Positions 1-10,547 of a DNA stretch of 64,000 nt are shown piece by piece. The translations under genes and the position numbers were made by a program. The DNA comes from an uncultured Rivularia sp. GTDB lineage: Bacteria > Cyanobacteriota > Cyanobacteriia > Cyanobacteriales > Nostocaceae. Numbering within the stretch: position 1 is the stretch's first letter; every line of letters starts with the position of its first letter. The stretch is taken from the NCBI GenBank assembly GCA_963665115.1, contig OY762007.1:7712001-7776000 (forward strand), read 5' to 3'. The notes below the pieces were generated by a model that was not told the DNA's origin, did no database searches, and saw nothing but the letters and a program-made list of their open reading frames with translations.

Positions 1-1511
1 ATTCGCTATGCACAAGCAAAGCAACAAGTTCTCGGTAAACTGGTTCTACACTATCCCGAAACGAAAACTGAATATCGGATTCCACTGCTAGCAAATCGCT
101 ACGTAAAGATTGCAGAGTGCTGACTGATTGTTGATAAGCCGCGATCGCACTTTTGATATCTCTCCGTTTTTTGAGAATTCTTCCTAGCTGCCATTGCCAA
201 CGGTATGATATCTCTGGGCTATTCATTGCTTGGGCTAGCATTAGGGCTTTTTCGGTCAATTTTTGAGCATTTTCTAATTGCTGAGTTTGTTCGTAGAGCC
301 TACCCAGTTTACCCAGTGCATATGCTTCTAAGCGTTTATCTCCTAATTTTTTCGCTTGTTTATGACTGGTGGCGATTAATTCTGCAATCGTTGCCATGTC
401 GGCGGTTTGGGAAACATTTGCTTGATGCAAGCGAGTTAAGCTTTGCGCTAGGTTCAACTGAGCGTAAATTGTTGTCCGGTTTGGGGGAAGTTTAGTTAAT
501 GATGGTTGTATTTTACTTACAAGTAACCGTGCATTTACCCATTTTTCCAAGTCGATTAACAGGCTCAATTGATTCAATTGGGCGTTAATCCGATCGGATT
601 GCGAGGGAGCAATATTTGCAGCTTGTTGATAAAAAATTAAAGCGGATTCGGGCTGTTGATTTGTATAGGCAATGTTACCCAAAACCAGTAAAGCAGAACT
701 AATATCTGATGGTAGCTGCAATTTTTGAGCTAGTATCAAACTTGCATTCAAAACTTCTTCGGCTTTTTCTAAATCTCCTACTAAGCGTAAACTATTACCT
801 AAGTTACGCAGTCCCAGCGGCTTTGGTTGGAGAATCTGCAAGCGAATGCAGAATTTTATTTACTTCTTCTAAGCTCGATAGGGCTTTGCGATATAATCCT
901 AAAGACTTTAAAGCTTGGGATTGATTGATTAGACTGCGAATAACTCCAGTCTCACTTTTTGCTTTTTTATAAGTCTTTGCTGCTTGTTGCCAGGTTTCTA
1001 GAGCTACTTCCGGTTTTCCCGTGGCTAACTGGAGAGTTCCTTCAGTATTTAGGGCTTGTGCTAATACAGTTAACTGTTCTACAGAGAGACTACCTTCTAC
1101 CTGTACTAATTTCAAGCTATCGGTAATTGCTTGGGTTGCTTTATTCCATTGCCCTAACTGTTGATAAGTTAAGCAAAGATTGCTTAAAACCCTGGCTTGG
1201 TTGAGTCGATCTCCTTGCGATTGATATACTCGCAAAGTTTGTTGCCAAATTTTTAATGCAGCAGAAAATTGATCTGCTTGATAATATTCTCTGCCAAGTT
1301 GTTCTTGTTGCGCTGCATTAGATAATGTTGCCGCCGATTGTGGTGTTGAAGCTTGTACAAAAGTTGAAAATACACCTCCAACAGTTAATAAAAGGGTTAA
1401 AGCTATTCCTAGTAAAATCCCCAAAGAAAAACGAAACCAGCGATTGTATAGATATTTGAAAGGGTTTTTACTTGCGAAGTATAAAAAACTTTTTTGAATT
1501 TCCATAACCAT
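1..1511 (-). CDS. TPR-repeat protein of the cyanobacterial CHAT-domain family; runs off the window start; +1 frameshift at about 813-815
   Basis: ORF 804..1511 has TPR-like helices. Removing one base of the CCC at 813-815 gives an open frame to position 1 reading ...KAAGLRNLGNSLRLVGD...SYRWQWQLGRILKK...SLRSDLLAVESDIQFSFRDSVEPVYRELVALL, typical of the segment before CHAT domains. The CHAT domain itself lies outside the window. Confidence 0.8.
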
Positions 1512-1659
1512 TTTTTGAATTCAAGATTAAAAATGTCAAATGAAAGATTAATTATATTTAATTTTTAATTGTTTAATTAAAGAGAAAAATATAAAAGCAT
1601 TCCACACGCTGCTTCAAGCCTCAAACTTAGCTGAGTCGCTAATTTTTAATTTTGAACTT

Positions 1660-3432
1660 TTAATTGTTTTGACAATTCCTCGAAGGTAAAGAACTGTGGA
1701 AAGTTAGATTCGGAACTTGTGCTGCCAGAAATATCTCCCCTTTATCATTCACCATTATTCCTTGGGCTTCTACTATCGCATCGGAAGAATGAGAAATTGT
1801 TTGGGGTGATGCAGCGGCTCTATATCTGTATAAATTATTTGTACTATTTTTACTGATAATTGGAGTGGTTGCTAAATCTGGCAGAATTTTACTGTCACCT
1901 AAGATCTCATCGGGGCTTGGCGGTAAACCACTTCGTCCAGTAATAAAGAATTTGCTACCCTCTGTTGATGGAGCTTCGCAGGTTTGGGCAATCAATTTTG
2001 AATTATCTGTCACTCTTTGGGGTAGTTGCACTAATACATTAGAGGCATCAACTTCGATGGAGTTGATTTTTGCAAAATTATTGATGTTACTAGAACCATC
2101 TGTAAAATCGCTGAATTTAGTTAGTCGATTGCTAAGTAATTTTTCATTTTCTATAGGTTCTATAGGTTCTATAGGTTCGATAGAATCAACAGGTTTAACT
2201 GGTAATTGTTCGCCAGATTCCTCTGCTATAACTTTGATTCCTACACGTGCCCCATCCCCGATAGTTAACTTTCGAGCTTCTATTAACACATCACCAGCAT
2301 TCCCCGAGCCTGTGGTTTCCGCGACTAAAAGACTCAAATCGTCTAATTTCAAATTCGAGGCACTAATAATTAATTTACCCACATTTCCCGTGCCCTGGGT
2401 TTCTGCGGAAACGATTGTCTGCGCTCCTTGAATGTTGATGATATTCTTGGCTTTAAGAATGACATCCCCACTTCTTTCGGCATCAAGTGAGATCGCCCGA
2501 ATCGAAGAGTCATTTATATTCAGGCGATCGCCTTTAATACTAATTCCACCATCATTTTTAATCCCAGATGATGTTTGTGTAAAAAGACGGGATTGATTCA
2601 AAGTCACTGCCTTACCTTGAAGCTGAATATTGCCACCACCAACATCAAGCGAAGATTTATCGAGTTGAATATTTTTAAAATTTTGGTTATCTGTATATCC
2701 CAAAGCAAATCCTTGAGAGTTTGGAATCAAGCTAACGAAACTATTATTTTTAACGGCACCTAACTCGATCCTACCGTCGGGAACGCTGATATTAGCACCA
2801 TCTCCTTTGATTTCACCCCCTATAAGTGCCAAGGTAGTATTTGCTAGCCCCTGGAGTCCCGTAGATTGATTTACAATCGCTTCAGCCTTGTTGCCAAATT
2901 GCAAACCTAAAGGAACGGCAATAGTAAGTAAGGATTTTTGAGGATTAATGGTGCTAAAATCATCCCCATTAGAAAATTTGATGCTGCTAGCCGTACTGCT
3001 AAGAAAAGAACCACCAATATCCAAGGAAGCATTTGAACCGAAGATAATACCGTTGGGATTAATTAGAAAAAAGTTAGCGCTACCTTGAGTTTGAATTAAA
3101 CCGTTGATGTTCGATTCCAAACTACCCGTGACGCGGTTGATGATATTTGCAAGATTTGAATCATTTTTGAAAATAACAGAGCCGTTTTGAGGAACAGAAA
3201 ATTCTTTAAAGCTATGGAAGAGATTATTGCCTGTTCTTGTTCCCCCTCGAATTAAAAAATCAAGCCCTTGTTTTGTCCCTGATGAAACTTCCGTAGATGT
3301 CGGAAGAGTGCTATCGCCTGAAATTTGTGCTTTACCTACAGGGATTCTACTTAAATAACAAGTAATTCCAGCAGCTATTGCAATATAGTAAAAACACGGT
3401 ATTTTTAATTTTATATCTGGCTTCTTATGCAT
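1660..3432 (-). CDS. Filamentous haemagglutinin N-terminal domain (TpsA-like) exoprotein, short form
   Basis: Signal peptide, NLFHSFKEFSV, NIINRVTG and FFLINPNGIIFG secretion-domain motifs, beta-helix-like repeats, and a cyanobacterial C-terminus (FFITGRSGLPPSP...IVEAQG). Confidence 0.9.
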   Translation of the reverse strand: MHKKPDIKLKIPCFYYIAIAAGITCYLSRIPVGKAQISGDSTLPTSTEVSSGTKQGLDFLIRGGTRTGNNLFHSFKEFSVPQNGSVIFKNDSNLANIINRVTGSLESNINGLIQTQGSANFFLINPNGIIFGSNASLDIGGSFLSSTASSIKFSNGDDFSTINPQKSLLTIAVPLGLQFGNKAEAIVNQSTGLQGLANTTLALIGGEIKGDGANISVPDGRIELGAVKNNSFVSLIPNSQGFALGYTDNQNFKNIQLDKSSLDVGGGNIQLQGKAVTLNQSRLFTQTSSGIKNDGGISIKGDRLNINDSSIRAISLDAERSGDVILKAKNIINIQGAQTIVSAETQGTGNVGKLIISASNLKLDDLSLLVAETTGSGNAGDVLIEARKLTIGDGARVGIKVIAEESGEQLPVKPVDSIEPIEPIEPIENEKLLSNRLTKFSDFTDGSSNINNFAKINSIEVDASNVLVQLPQRVTDNSKLIAQTCEAPSTEGSKFFITGRSGLPPSPDEILGDSKILPDLATTPIISKNSTNNLYRYRAAASPQTISHSSDAIVEAQGIMVNDKGEIFLAAQVPNLTFHSSLPSRNCQNN

Positions 3433-4015
3433 AAATTGGTAGCTCCCTGTTTTCCGATCGAAATAGCGTTTAAAAATTAAAATATAAATCTACTAATTAT
3501 CGATTCTGTAGAAATGTTGCACCGCAAAATTTGAGAGGATAAAGCTTTTGATAACTTATTTGCTTCATGTGTAATTAAATTGCCAAGTATTAAGCTTACG
3601 GCTCGGCAAGGTTACTTAAAAAAAATCAAGGCTGCAACATATGTTTTACCCAGTTTTGTAGCATAAACAAGACAATTGGTAGAGAAAATAATAGAACTGA
3701 CACTTCTCATATTGCCCAAAATTTAGCCTTAAACTCACATTATGCCAATATTTAAGCAAAGCTGTCATCTTGCTCTAACAAGCACGCCGATTTTAAGCAA
3801 GAAATCAAGCAACAAAAATCAGTTAATAGAACTATTCTGTCATGGTTAATACTTAAGTAATAACACTATAAAATTAGATTCATATATAATATTGATGCTG
3901 CGAAACGAGAGCTAAATTAGGAGTTTTGCTCTAGCATTTTATTGATATATGGGCTATTCATAGAGATAAGACAATTGATGCAAATGAAAGTATCAGATCG
4001 GGCATAAAAATAACA

Positions 4016-4672
4016 ATGAAATTTAATAAAAGAGCATTTACCACAATATTTTTGACAACTTTACTTACCTGTTCCTACGCTTTGCCCTCTCAAGTAATGG
4101 CAAACTCCTCACAGAAATCTAGTTCTCAACAAAAAGAAGGCTTGCCAAATGCCAATCGTAGACGAGGGGCTGGCTCGCGGGGATGCGATAAGCATACTGC
4201 TGGGCACTTAATGGCTTTGGTACCAGAAAATAAACAGGTATTAACAAAATCAAACGATCCAAAATTGTTGTTCCACTTACCCAAAACTTCTGCTCCTATG
4301 GATGTGGAATTTGTCATAGCGGATGCAAAACATAATCCACTATATGAAAAGAAATTTCAGACTAGTGATTCTGCGGGAATTATTACTGTGAGTGTACCTG
4401 AATCGATCGATCTTAAGAAAGACGGGAAAATTCGTTGGTATTTATCAATCGTGTGTAATTCTCAAAGTCGAGCTTATGACATCGTTGTAGATGGGTGGAT
4501 GAAACGAGGAGAAGTTAATGCTAATTACTGGCAAGATGCATTAGCCAAACTAGCAGAGCTTCGCCGTCAGCATCCCCATGATTCCCAGTTAACTGCTAAA
4601 TGGAAAGAATTGTTGGAGCAGGAAAACTTAGGTGCGATCGCCCAGGAGCCGCTTTTAAATATCAACATTTAG
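4016..4672 (+). CDS. DUF928 domain protein
   Basis: Signal peptide, RRRGAGSRGC, LMALVP, WYLSIVC and YWQDALAKLAELRRQHP motifs; usual CHAT/CHASE2 neighbourhood. Confidence 0.85.
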   Translation: MKFNKRAFTTIFLTTLLTCSYALPSQVMANSSQKSSSQQKEGLPNANRRRGAGSRGCDKHTAGHLMALVPENKQVLTKSNDPKLLFHLPKTSAPMDVEFVIADAKHNPLYEKKFQTSDSAGIITVSVPESIDLKKDGKIRWYLSIVCNSQSRAYDIVVDGWMKRGEVNANYWQDALAKLAELRRQHPHDSQLTAKWKELLEQENLGAIAQEPLLNINI

Positions 4673-5340
4673 TACACTGCCACATTAATTCTGGTGGGTA
4701 AAAAAGGTTTGTAGTAAGGACTTTAGTCCTTGATTAGAGGATTAAAATCCTCACTACGAACCCTTTAAAATTAATGCAATCAACTACTAATAGTCCTTTT
4801 CATTTGTTTTGATGGGTTGTAGAGACGTAGCAGTGCTACGTCTCCCGACGTTAGGTCGAAAACGAACCCTTCATAATTTATGCAATCGACCACTAATAGT
4901 CTATTTCATTAGTTCTGACGGGTTGTAGAGACGTTATACATCACGTCTCCCAAGGTTTACCGAGAAAACGAACCAGTCAAAATTAATGATTTGGACTACT
5001 AATACCCAACCACGATAATTCTGCGGGGTACGTAGTTGCGCTTCAGCGCCTCATATTCCGGTATCCGGAGGCGCTGAAGCGCAACTACGAACAATTATTA
5101 ACCCCGCAAAATTAATGTGGTGGAGTACTAATAGTCCTTTTCATTAGTTTTAATGGGTTGTAGAGACGTAGCAGTGCTACGTCTCCCGACGTTAGGTCGA
5201 AAACGAACCCTTCAGAATTTATGAAATGAACTACTAATACTCTGCCACATTAATTTTGAGGGGTAATGCATTTGTAGTGGGAGCTTCTAGCTCCCACTAC
5301 GAAATATAAAACCCGTCAGAATTAATGAAAAGGACTACTA
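4670..5340. mobile_element. Tandem array of six 106-131 bp MITE-like units with about 28-bp terminal inverted repeats, shared TA junctions and internal REP hairpins
   Basis: Units 4670-4789, 4788-4895, 4894-5001, 5000-5130, 5129-5236 and 5235-5340. Each reads TA-RTA...CATTA.TT.TG..GGGT-[cargo]-ACCC..CA.AATTAATG...TAC-TA. Confidence 0.8.
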
Positions 5341-5383
5341 ATTGCTGTTGTCTCAAGAACGAAAATAATCCTAACCCTTAAGT

Positions 5384-7946
5384 GTGTTTACTCAACTTTC
5401 TCAACGATTTTCATCCCTAATATCTGCAATTAATAGTCGTAGCAAGCGTCAAGTCAAAATATCGCTTATCGCACTCAACTGGAAGCAATCGGTAGTTGCT
5501 GCCAGTATTATCATGACGGGATTAGTATGGGGTGTGAAACAAATTGGCTGGTTGCAGTTTCTTGAATTAGTTAGCTTTGATTATATGGTGCGCTTGCAAC
5601 CCGATGCTGGCAAGGATTCCCGGCTGTTGGTGGTAGCAATCACCGAAGAAGATATTAAAAATGAGAACCAATGGCCGATTAGCGATCGCACTCTTGCGAC
5701 AGTGTTGCAAAAACTACAACAGTCTCAGCCAAAGGTTATTGGTTTAGATATGTACCGCAATGTCCCAAAACTACCAGGGCGTGAGGAATTCCTCAAACAA
5801 CTTGAGGCTGATAATATTATTGGTATTTATTACATCGGCGATACTGCTGTAGGAGGTGTGTCTCCTATTCCTGGTATTGCTGTAGACAAACTCGGTTTTA
5901 ACGACGTTATTATTGATGATGATAATGTAGTCCGACGGAATTTTCTTTTTGGCTACGAAGGAGAAAAGAAGCATTATTCTTTCTCTTTACAATTAGCTCT
6001 TAAATACCTAGAAGAAAAAGATATTTCTCTAAAAGTGACACCTGATGCTCTGCACTTAGGCAACACCGTATTTACTCGGTTAGATTCCCATGCAGGTGGG
6101 TATAAAAATGTTGACAATGCCGGTCGTCAAATAATGATTTCCTATCGCTCAGAGCAGTCTGTAGCAAGGGTGGTATCGCTTGGAGAAGTTTTGAATGGTA
6201 AAGTCGATCCAGAATGGGTTAAGGATAAGGTAGTGCTGATTGGTACTACAGCCCCTAGCGCCAACGACTTTTTCTTAACTCCCTACAGTGCCAGTCAGTC
6301 AGCAAATCACAGTATGTCCGGGGTAGTGCTACACGCTCAGCTTGTTAGCCAACTGCTGGGCACTATCTTAGACCAAAAACCGCTGATTTGGTATTGGGCT
6401 GAATGGTCGGAAGTATTATGGGTATGGAGTTGGGCTTTTATTGCAGGTTGTTTGGCATGGCGGCAGGGGCATCCATTGTTCCAAGTCTTAGTAACAATAG
6501 TTTCGTTGGGAATACTATTTGGTTGTTGTTTTAGCTTTTTTATCCAAGCAGGCTGGATACCCTTCATTCCACCAGCAGTAGCATTTTTGGCTACAAATAT
6601 AACTATTCTTGCTCATAGGGCAGTTTACAACAATTATTATGATGTTTTAACAGGACTACCCAATCGGCAACTTTTCTTACAGCATTTGGAATGGGCGATT
6701 GCCGATGTGAAAGTTTCCCAAAATAACCTCTTTGCCGTACTGTTTATAAATATTGATAGTTTCAAACTGATAAATGAAAGTTTTGGTCATCATCTTGGCG
6801 ATCAATTCTTAGTTGATTTTACCCATAAATTAAAAGCCTCTTTGGGAGGTAAAGGAACTCTAGCAAGGCTTGGAGGAGATGAGTTTGCTATTTTGATAGA
6901 AAAAATTTCAGAAAGCAACCAAGCAATTCAATTAGCTGATTTCCTGCAAAAAGAAATGAGTTTGCCCTTTAAAATTAATCAGCAAGAAATATTTACCAGT
7001 CTCAGTGTTGGTATCGCTTTCAATCAAAAGGAACTCGAGCATCAATCAGTAGATTTGCTGAGAGATGCCCATACAGCTATGTATCGGGCTAAAGACTTGG
7101 GTAAATCCCGTCACGAAGTTTTTGCTACTGGTATGCATACCCAAGTAATAAACCGTTTGCAGCTAGAAACAGAATTACGTCGGGCTATAAACAATATAGA
7201 CAAAGAAGAATTTTATTTAAACTATCAACCCATTGTTTGTCTAAAAACCAATCAAATTGCTGGTTTTGAGGCACTTGTACGCTGGAATCATCCCCAAAGA
7301 GGATTTGTTTCTCCTGTAGAATTTATCCCAATTGCAGAAGAGACGGAGCTAATCATTCCCTTGGGGCAATGGATTTTAGAGTCAGCTTTTCATCAGTTAT
7401 CAGTTTGGCAAACACAATTCCCTTCAAACCCGCCACTGATGATGAGCATCAATCTTTCGGGAAATCAGTTAGCTCAAGAAAATTTAGTTGAAGTAATTCA
7501 ACAACTGCTCAACACAACCGGGATAGATCCACAAACTATAAAATTAGAGATTACTGAAAGTGTAGCCATGCAAGATGTGGAAGCTGCGATATCCATACTG
7601 CTCCAACTGAGGAGTTTAAACCTACAGCTAAGCATTGATGATTTTGGTACGGGATATTCTTCTTTAAGTTATTTACATCGCTTTCCAATTAATACTTTAA
7701 AAATTGATCGTTCCTTTGTTAATCACATGACTGATGCTGATGAAGATGCAGCGATTGTTAAAACTATCATCATGCTTAGCGATAACTTGGGAATGGATGT
7801 AGTTGCTGAAGGTATAGAGACAAAATCGCAGCACCTAAAACTTATTGAGCTAGGTTTCCGAGTACGGACAAGGTTATTTATTCTCGAAGCCATTAGATAG
7901 CGATAATGCGAGTAAATTGTTGAAAGAAGACAAACTTTTTTTATAA
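5384..7946 (+). CDS. CHASE2 - 3TM - GGDEF - EAL diguanylate cyclase/phosphodiesterase; +1 frameshift near the 3' end (about 7855-7859)
   Basis: CHASE2 motifs (WPISDRTLA, VIGLDMYR, DDDNVVRR), RLGGDEF, FEALVRW and DDFGTGYSSL. The conserved EYGQGYLFSKPL tail continues in another frame to TAA at 7944-7946. Confidence 0.9.
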
Positions 7947-8091
7947 AGAAAAGATACATTACTCCTGTGCTGCTATAAAATTACCAGCGTCGAATTAGAG
8001 GGGGTAGAGTAAATTCTTAATTTCTAACTCACTACTCTCTACTCATAACTCCTAACTTTGAATGCCCAATGCCCTATTCCTAAATTAAATC

Positions 8092-8658
8092 ATGAACACC
8101 CCATCTCACGCTATTCTCAATTTGGTTGTTTTCAGCGAAAAGCTCAGAGCCAAAGCTAGTTTGGCAATTTTTATCGGTGCTGTTTTACCAGATGTACCAA
8201 TTTTTATCTTCTACTTTTTGATGAAATTTGTTTACCGTTATCCAAGTAGTAAAATTTGGGGTGAAATATACTTTCAACCTTTTTGGCAAAATATTGTCAG
8301 CATCTTTCATTCGATACCTCTAGCTTTAATAGGGGTTTTGATTTGCCATTTTGCAAAATGGAGAGTTGTAGAAATCGGATTTATTAGTATGGTGATGCAT
8401 TCTTTATTGGATTTACCAGTTCACAATGACGACGCTCACCGCCACTTTTATCCTTTTAGCAATTACCGTTTTATTAGCCCTTTTTCTTATTGGGATGCCA
8501 ATCATTATGGAGCAATAGTGGCTTTCGTGGAAATGTCGCTGGTTTTAGCTTCTAGTGTTTATTTATTTTCAGGATTTCGTTCTTATTGGGTTAGAGGTTT
8601 AATGATATCGGTGAATGTGGTTTATTTATTTGGATATTTTCGGTTTTATCTACGATAA
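8092..8658 (+). CDS. Putative membrane-bound metal-dependent hydrolase
   Basis: Hydrophobic segments with TPSH, LPD, FHS, HSLLD and HNDDAHRHF potential metal ligands. Confidence 0.6.
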   Translation: MNTPSHAILNLVVFSEKLRAKASLAIFIGAVLPDVPIFIFYFLMKFVYRYPSSKIWGEIYFQPFWQNIVSIFHSIPLALIGVLICHFAKWRVVEIGFISMVMHSLLDLPVHNDDAHRHFYPFSNYRFISPFSYWDANHYGAIVAFVEMSLVLASSVYLFSGFRSYWVRGLMISVNVVYLFGYFRFYLR

Positions 8659-8823
8659 TCAGTTATCAATTATCAATTATCAATGAACAATTATCATTTT
8701 TACGTTTAAGAGGATTTAAAAGTTAGATTTAATACCTTACTGAGTACTGAAGAATCATTTAATCCTTTTAAGAAAGCAATGCAAATTAGGAAATAAAAAA
8801 TTTCTAAAAGCATGAATATTGAT

Positions 8824-8962
8824 GTAGAGACGTAGCACTGCTACGTCTTCAACAGTTGACGTACAAAGCCAATATTAAGGAAAATCATCGCCCTAAGCTT
8901 ATTTCACAAGATTGTGAGTACAACCCAAAATACGGGGAGACGTAGCAGTGCTACGTCTCTAC
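8824..8962. repeat. Inverted pair of GTAG-type REP hairpins (GTAGAGACGTAGCACTGCTACGTCT) between convergent genes
   Basis: Copy at 8824 and reverse-complement copy ending at 8962; same hairpin as the cargo of array units 2 and 5. Confidence 0.8.
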
Positions 8963-8967
8963 AATAA

Positions 8968-9786
8968 CTACCAACTACCTACCAACCTCTGATAATACTC
9001 CTGTATGTTTGGTGCTTTTGTTTGTGGTGATGCGAGTTTCAAGACTGCTTCTAATAACCAGGGTGCTAGACGCTGACACCATATTGCTAAATGACTCTGC
9101 CAACCAACTAAAATCTCTGGTGAGTCTTTTCGCAATCCTTTGACAAATGCTTGCGCTACTTCTTCGGGTGACATGGGGATCACTCCGCGATATAGTTGCA
9201 AGTCTTTTACCATCTCTGTGTCTGTCAATGTTGGCAATAATGAGACTACTTTGATGTTGTGAGGTGCTAACTCGCGACGTAAGGCTTCGGTAAATCCCAA
9301 GATTGCAAACTTAGTTGCTGAATAAGTCGCCATTGTGGGAGCCGCTACTTTCCCCATTAAGCTCGATACGTTGACAATCGTGCCCTGATTTCGTTTTACC
9401 ATCCGTCGTGCCACCATGTGTGTCATGGTGTAAGTTCCCAGCAAATTTAAAGATAATTCTTCTTCTATTTGAGGTAACTTAGTTTGCAAAAACGAATTTT
9501 GGTGAGCTACACCGGCACAATTTACCAGCATATCGATTGAACCATAGCTGCGCCAAAGTTGAGCCACTGCAACCTTAACAAACATTGGTTTTGTCAAATC
9601 TAACGGCATCATTACCGCTTCGACACCCATCCCTTCAACAAGTTTGGCGACTTCGGCTAATTTATTGCGGGAGCGTGCCACTAATATCAATCGTTTCACT
9701 TTTTGCCGAGCTAATTCTATGGCGATCGCCCTTCCAATTCCACGGGAAGCGCCAGTAATTAAGGCTGTATATCCTTGAATATTCAT
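8968..9786 (-). CDS. Short-chain dehydrogenase/reductase (SDR)
   Basis: TGASRGIG, VNCAG and YSATK (YxxxK) motifs. Confidence 0.92.
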   Translation of the reverse strand: MNIQGYTALITGASRGIGRAIAIELARQKVKRLILVARSRNKLAEVAKLVEGMGVEAVMMPLDLTKPMFVKVAVAQLWRSYGSIDMLVNCAGVAHQNSFLQTKLPQIEEELSLNLLGTYTMTHMVARRMVKRNQGTIVNVSSLMGKVAAPTMATYSATKFAILGFTEALRRELAPHNIKVVSLLPTLTDTEMVKDLQLYRGVIPMSPEEVAQAFVKGLRKDSPEILVGWQSHLAIWCQRLAPWLLEAVLKLASPQTKAPNIQEYYQRLVGSW

Positions 9787-10398
9787 GATTGTTCTCCATG
9801 CTTTGATTAGTGCAATTTTTCTTTTCGTCGATATGTCTGATGATGTTTGCTTTAATATCGACTCAGATTTAATACAAGGGAAGAAAAATTAATAGAATTG
9901 AAATACAGACAGGTTGTGTCTATAGTTAATTTCTCTAGCTAAATTAAAATACTTATAGTGATGTTCAGATTTCTCAGATCGTGGTTGTAATACTAATGTT
10001 CTTACAACCCTCAGTTGCAGATATAGCCGATCGATTTCATATCCCCCAGACGTGAATTTAGATCGCCGTTCTTATGCACCACACTCTAACAACTTAATCA
10101 AGCTATTGCAACAAATTTTAATAAGAATTTCTTAATACTTCTTTACACATAGTATATATGAACAATCTTTTTTCAGATAAGTTTTATTTAATAGTTGTTC
10201 TGAAATAACAACGATCCCCAACAATTTAGAGATTTTGGTTACAGAAGATACCGTTTTAATTGCTGCAAAATCATTGAATATCGCGGGAAAGAATACAAAT
10301 CAGCCTAATAAAAAAGACTTGCTATAGCAAGCCCACAAATTATTTATTCTTTTTGACGTTTTTCGTCGTAAACTTAAATTTTTTAACTACTTTTGTTA

Positions 10399-10541
10399 GG
10401 GAACATCCCAATTTCGCGAAAAGCCTACAGGCTAGAAGCCTGGGGCTAATACTACGAAGCCCACCTTCGTGGGCTTTGTTTTTGTAGCCGCACCCTTACA
10501 GGGTGTCGGATAAAATATTTATTCAAAATTGGGATGCTCCC
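10399..10541. mobile_element. 143-bp MITE with terminal inverted repeats and a 9-bp target-site duplication
   Basis: Ends GGGAACATCCCAATTT and AAATTGGGATGCTCCC; identical CTTTTGTTA at 10390-10398 and 10542-10550. Confidence 0.85.
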
Positions 10542-10547
10542 CTTTTG

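Noticed and set aside
1865..2431. Antisense and shadow ORFs (also 205..495, 12105..12395, 34461..34967, 59304..59654 and similar)
   Set aside because: They overlap well-supported genes on the opposite strand or in another frame and show no recognisable motifs.
4670..5340. CRISPR array
   Set aside because: The junction repeats are about 57 bp and degenerate, the spacers are palindromic and repeated (unit 2 equals unit 5), and no cas genes or leader are seen.
8968..9786. hetN
   Set aside because: It is an SDR, but the position of the RGSGR pentapeptide reads KRNQGT.
9790..10390. Riboswitch or ncRNA in long intergenic regions (also 3433-4015, 27640-28080, 62270-62920)
   Set aside because: No motif recognisable by eye; an Rfam/Infernal scan would be needed.
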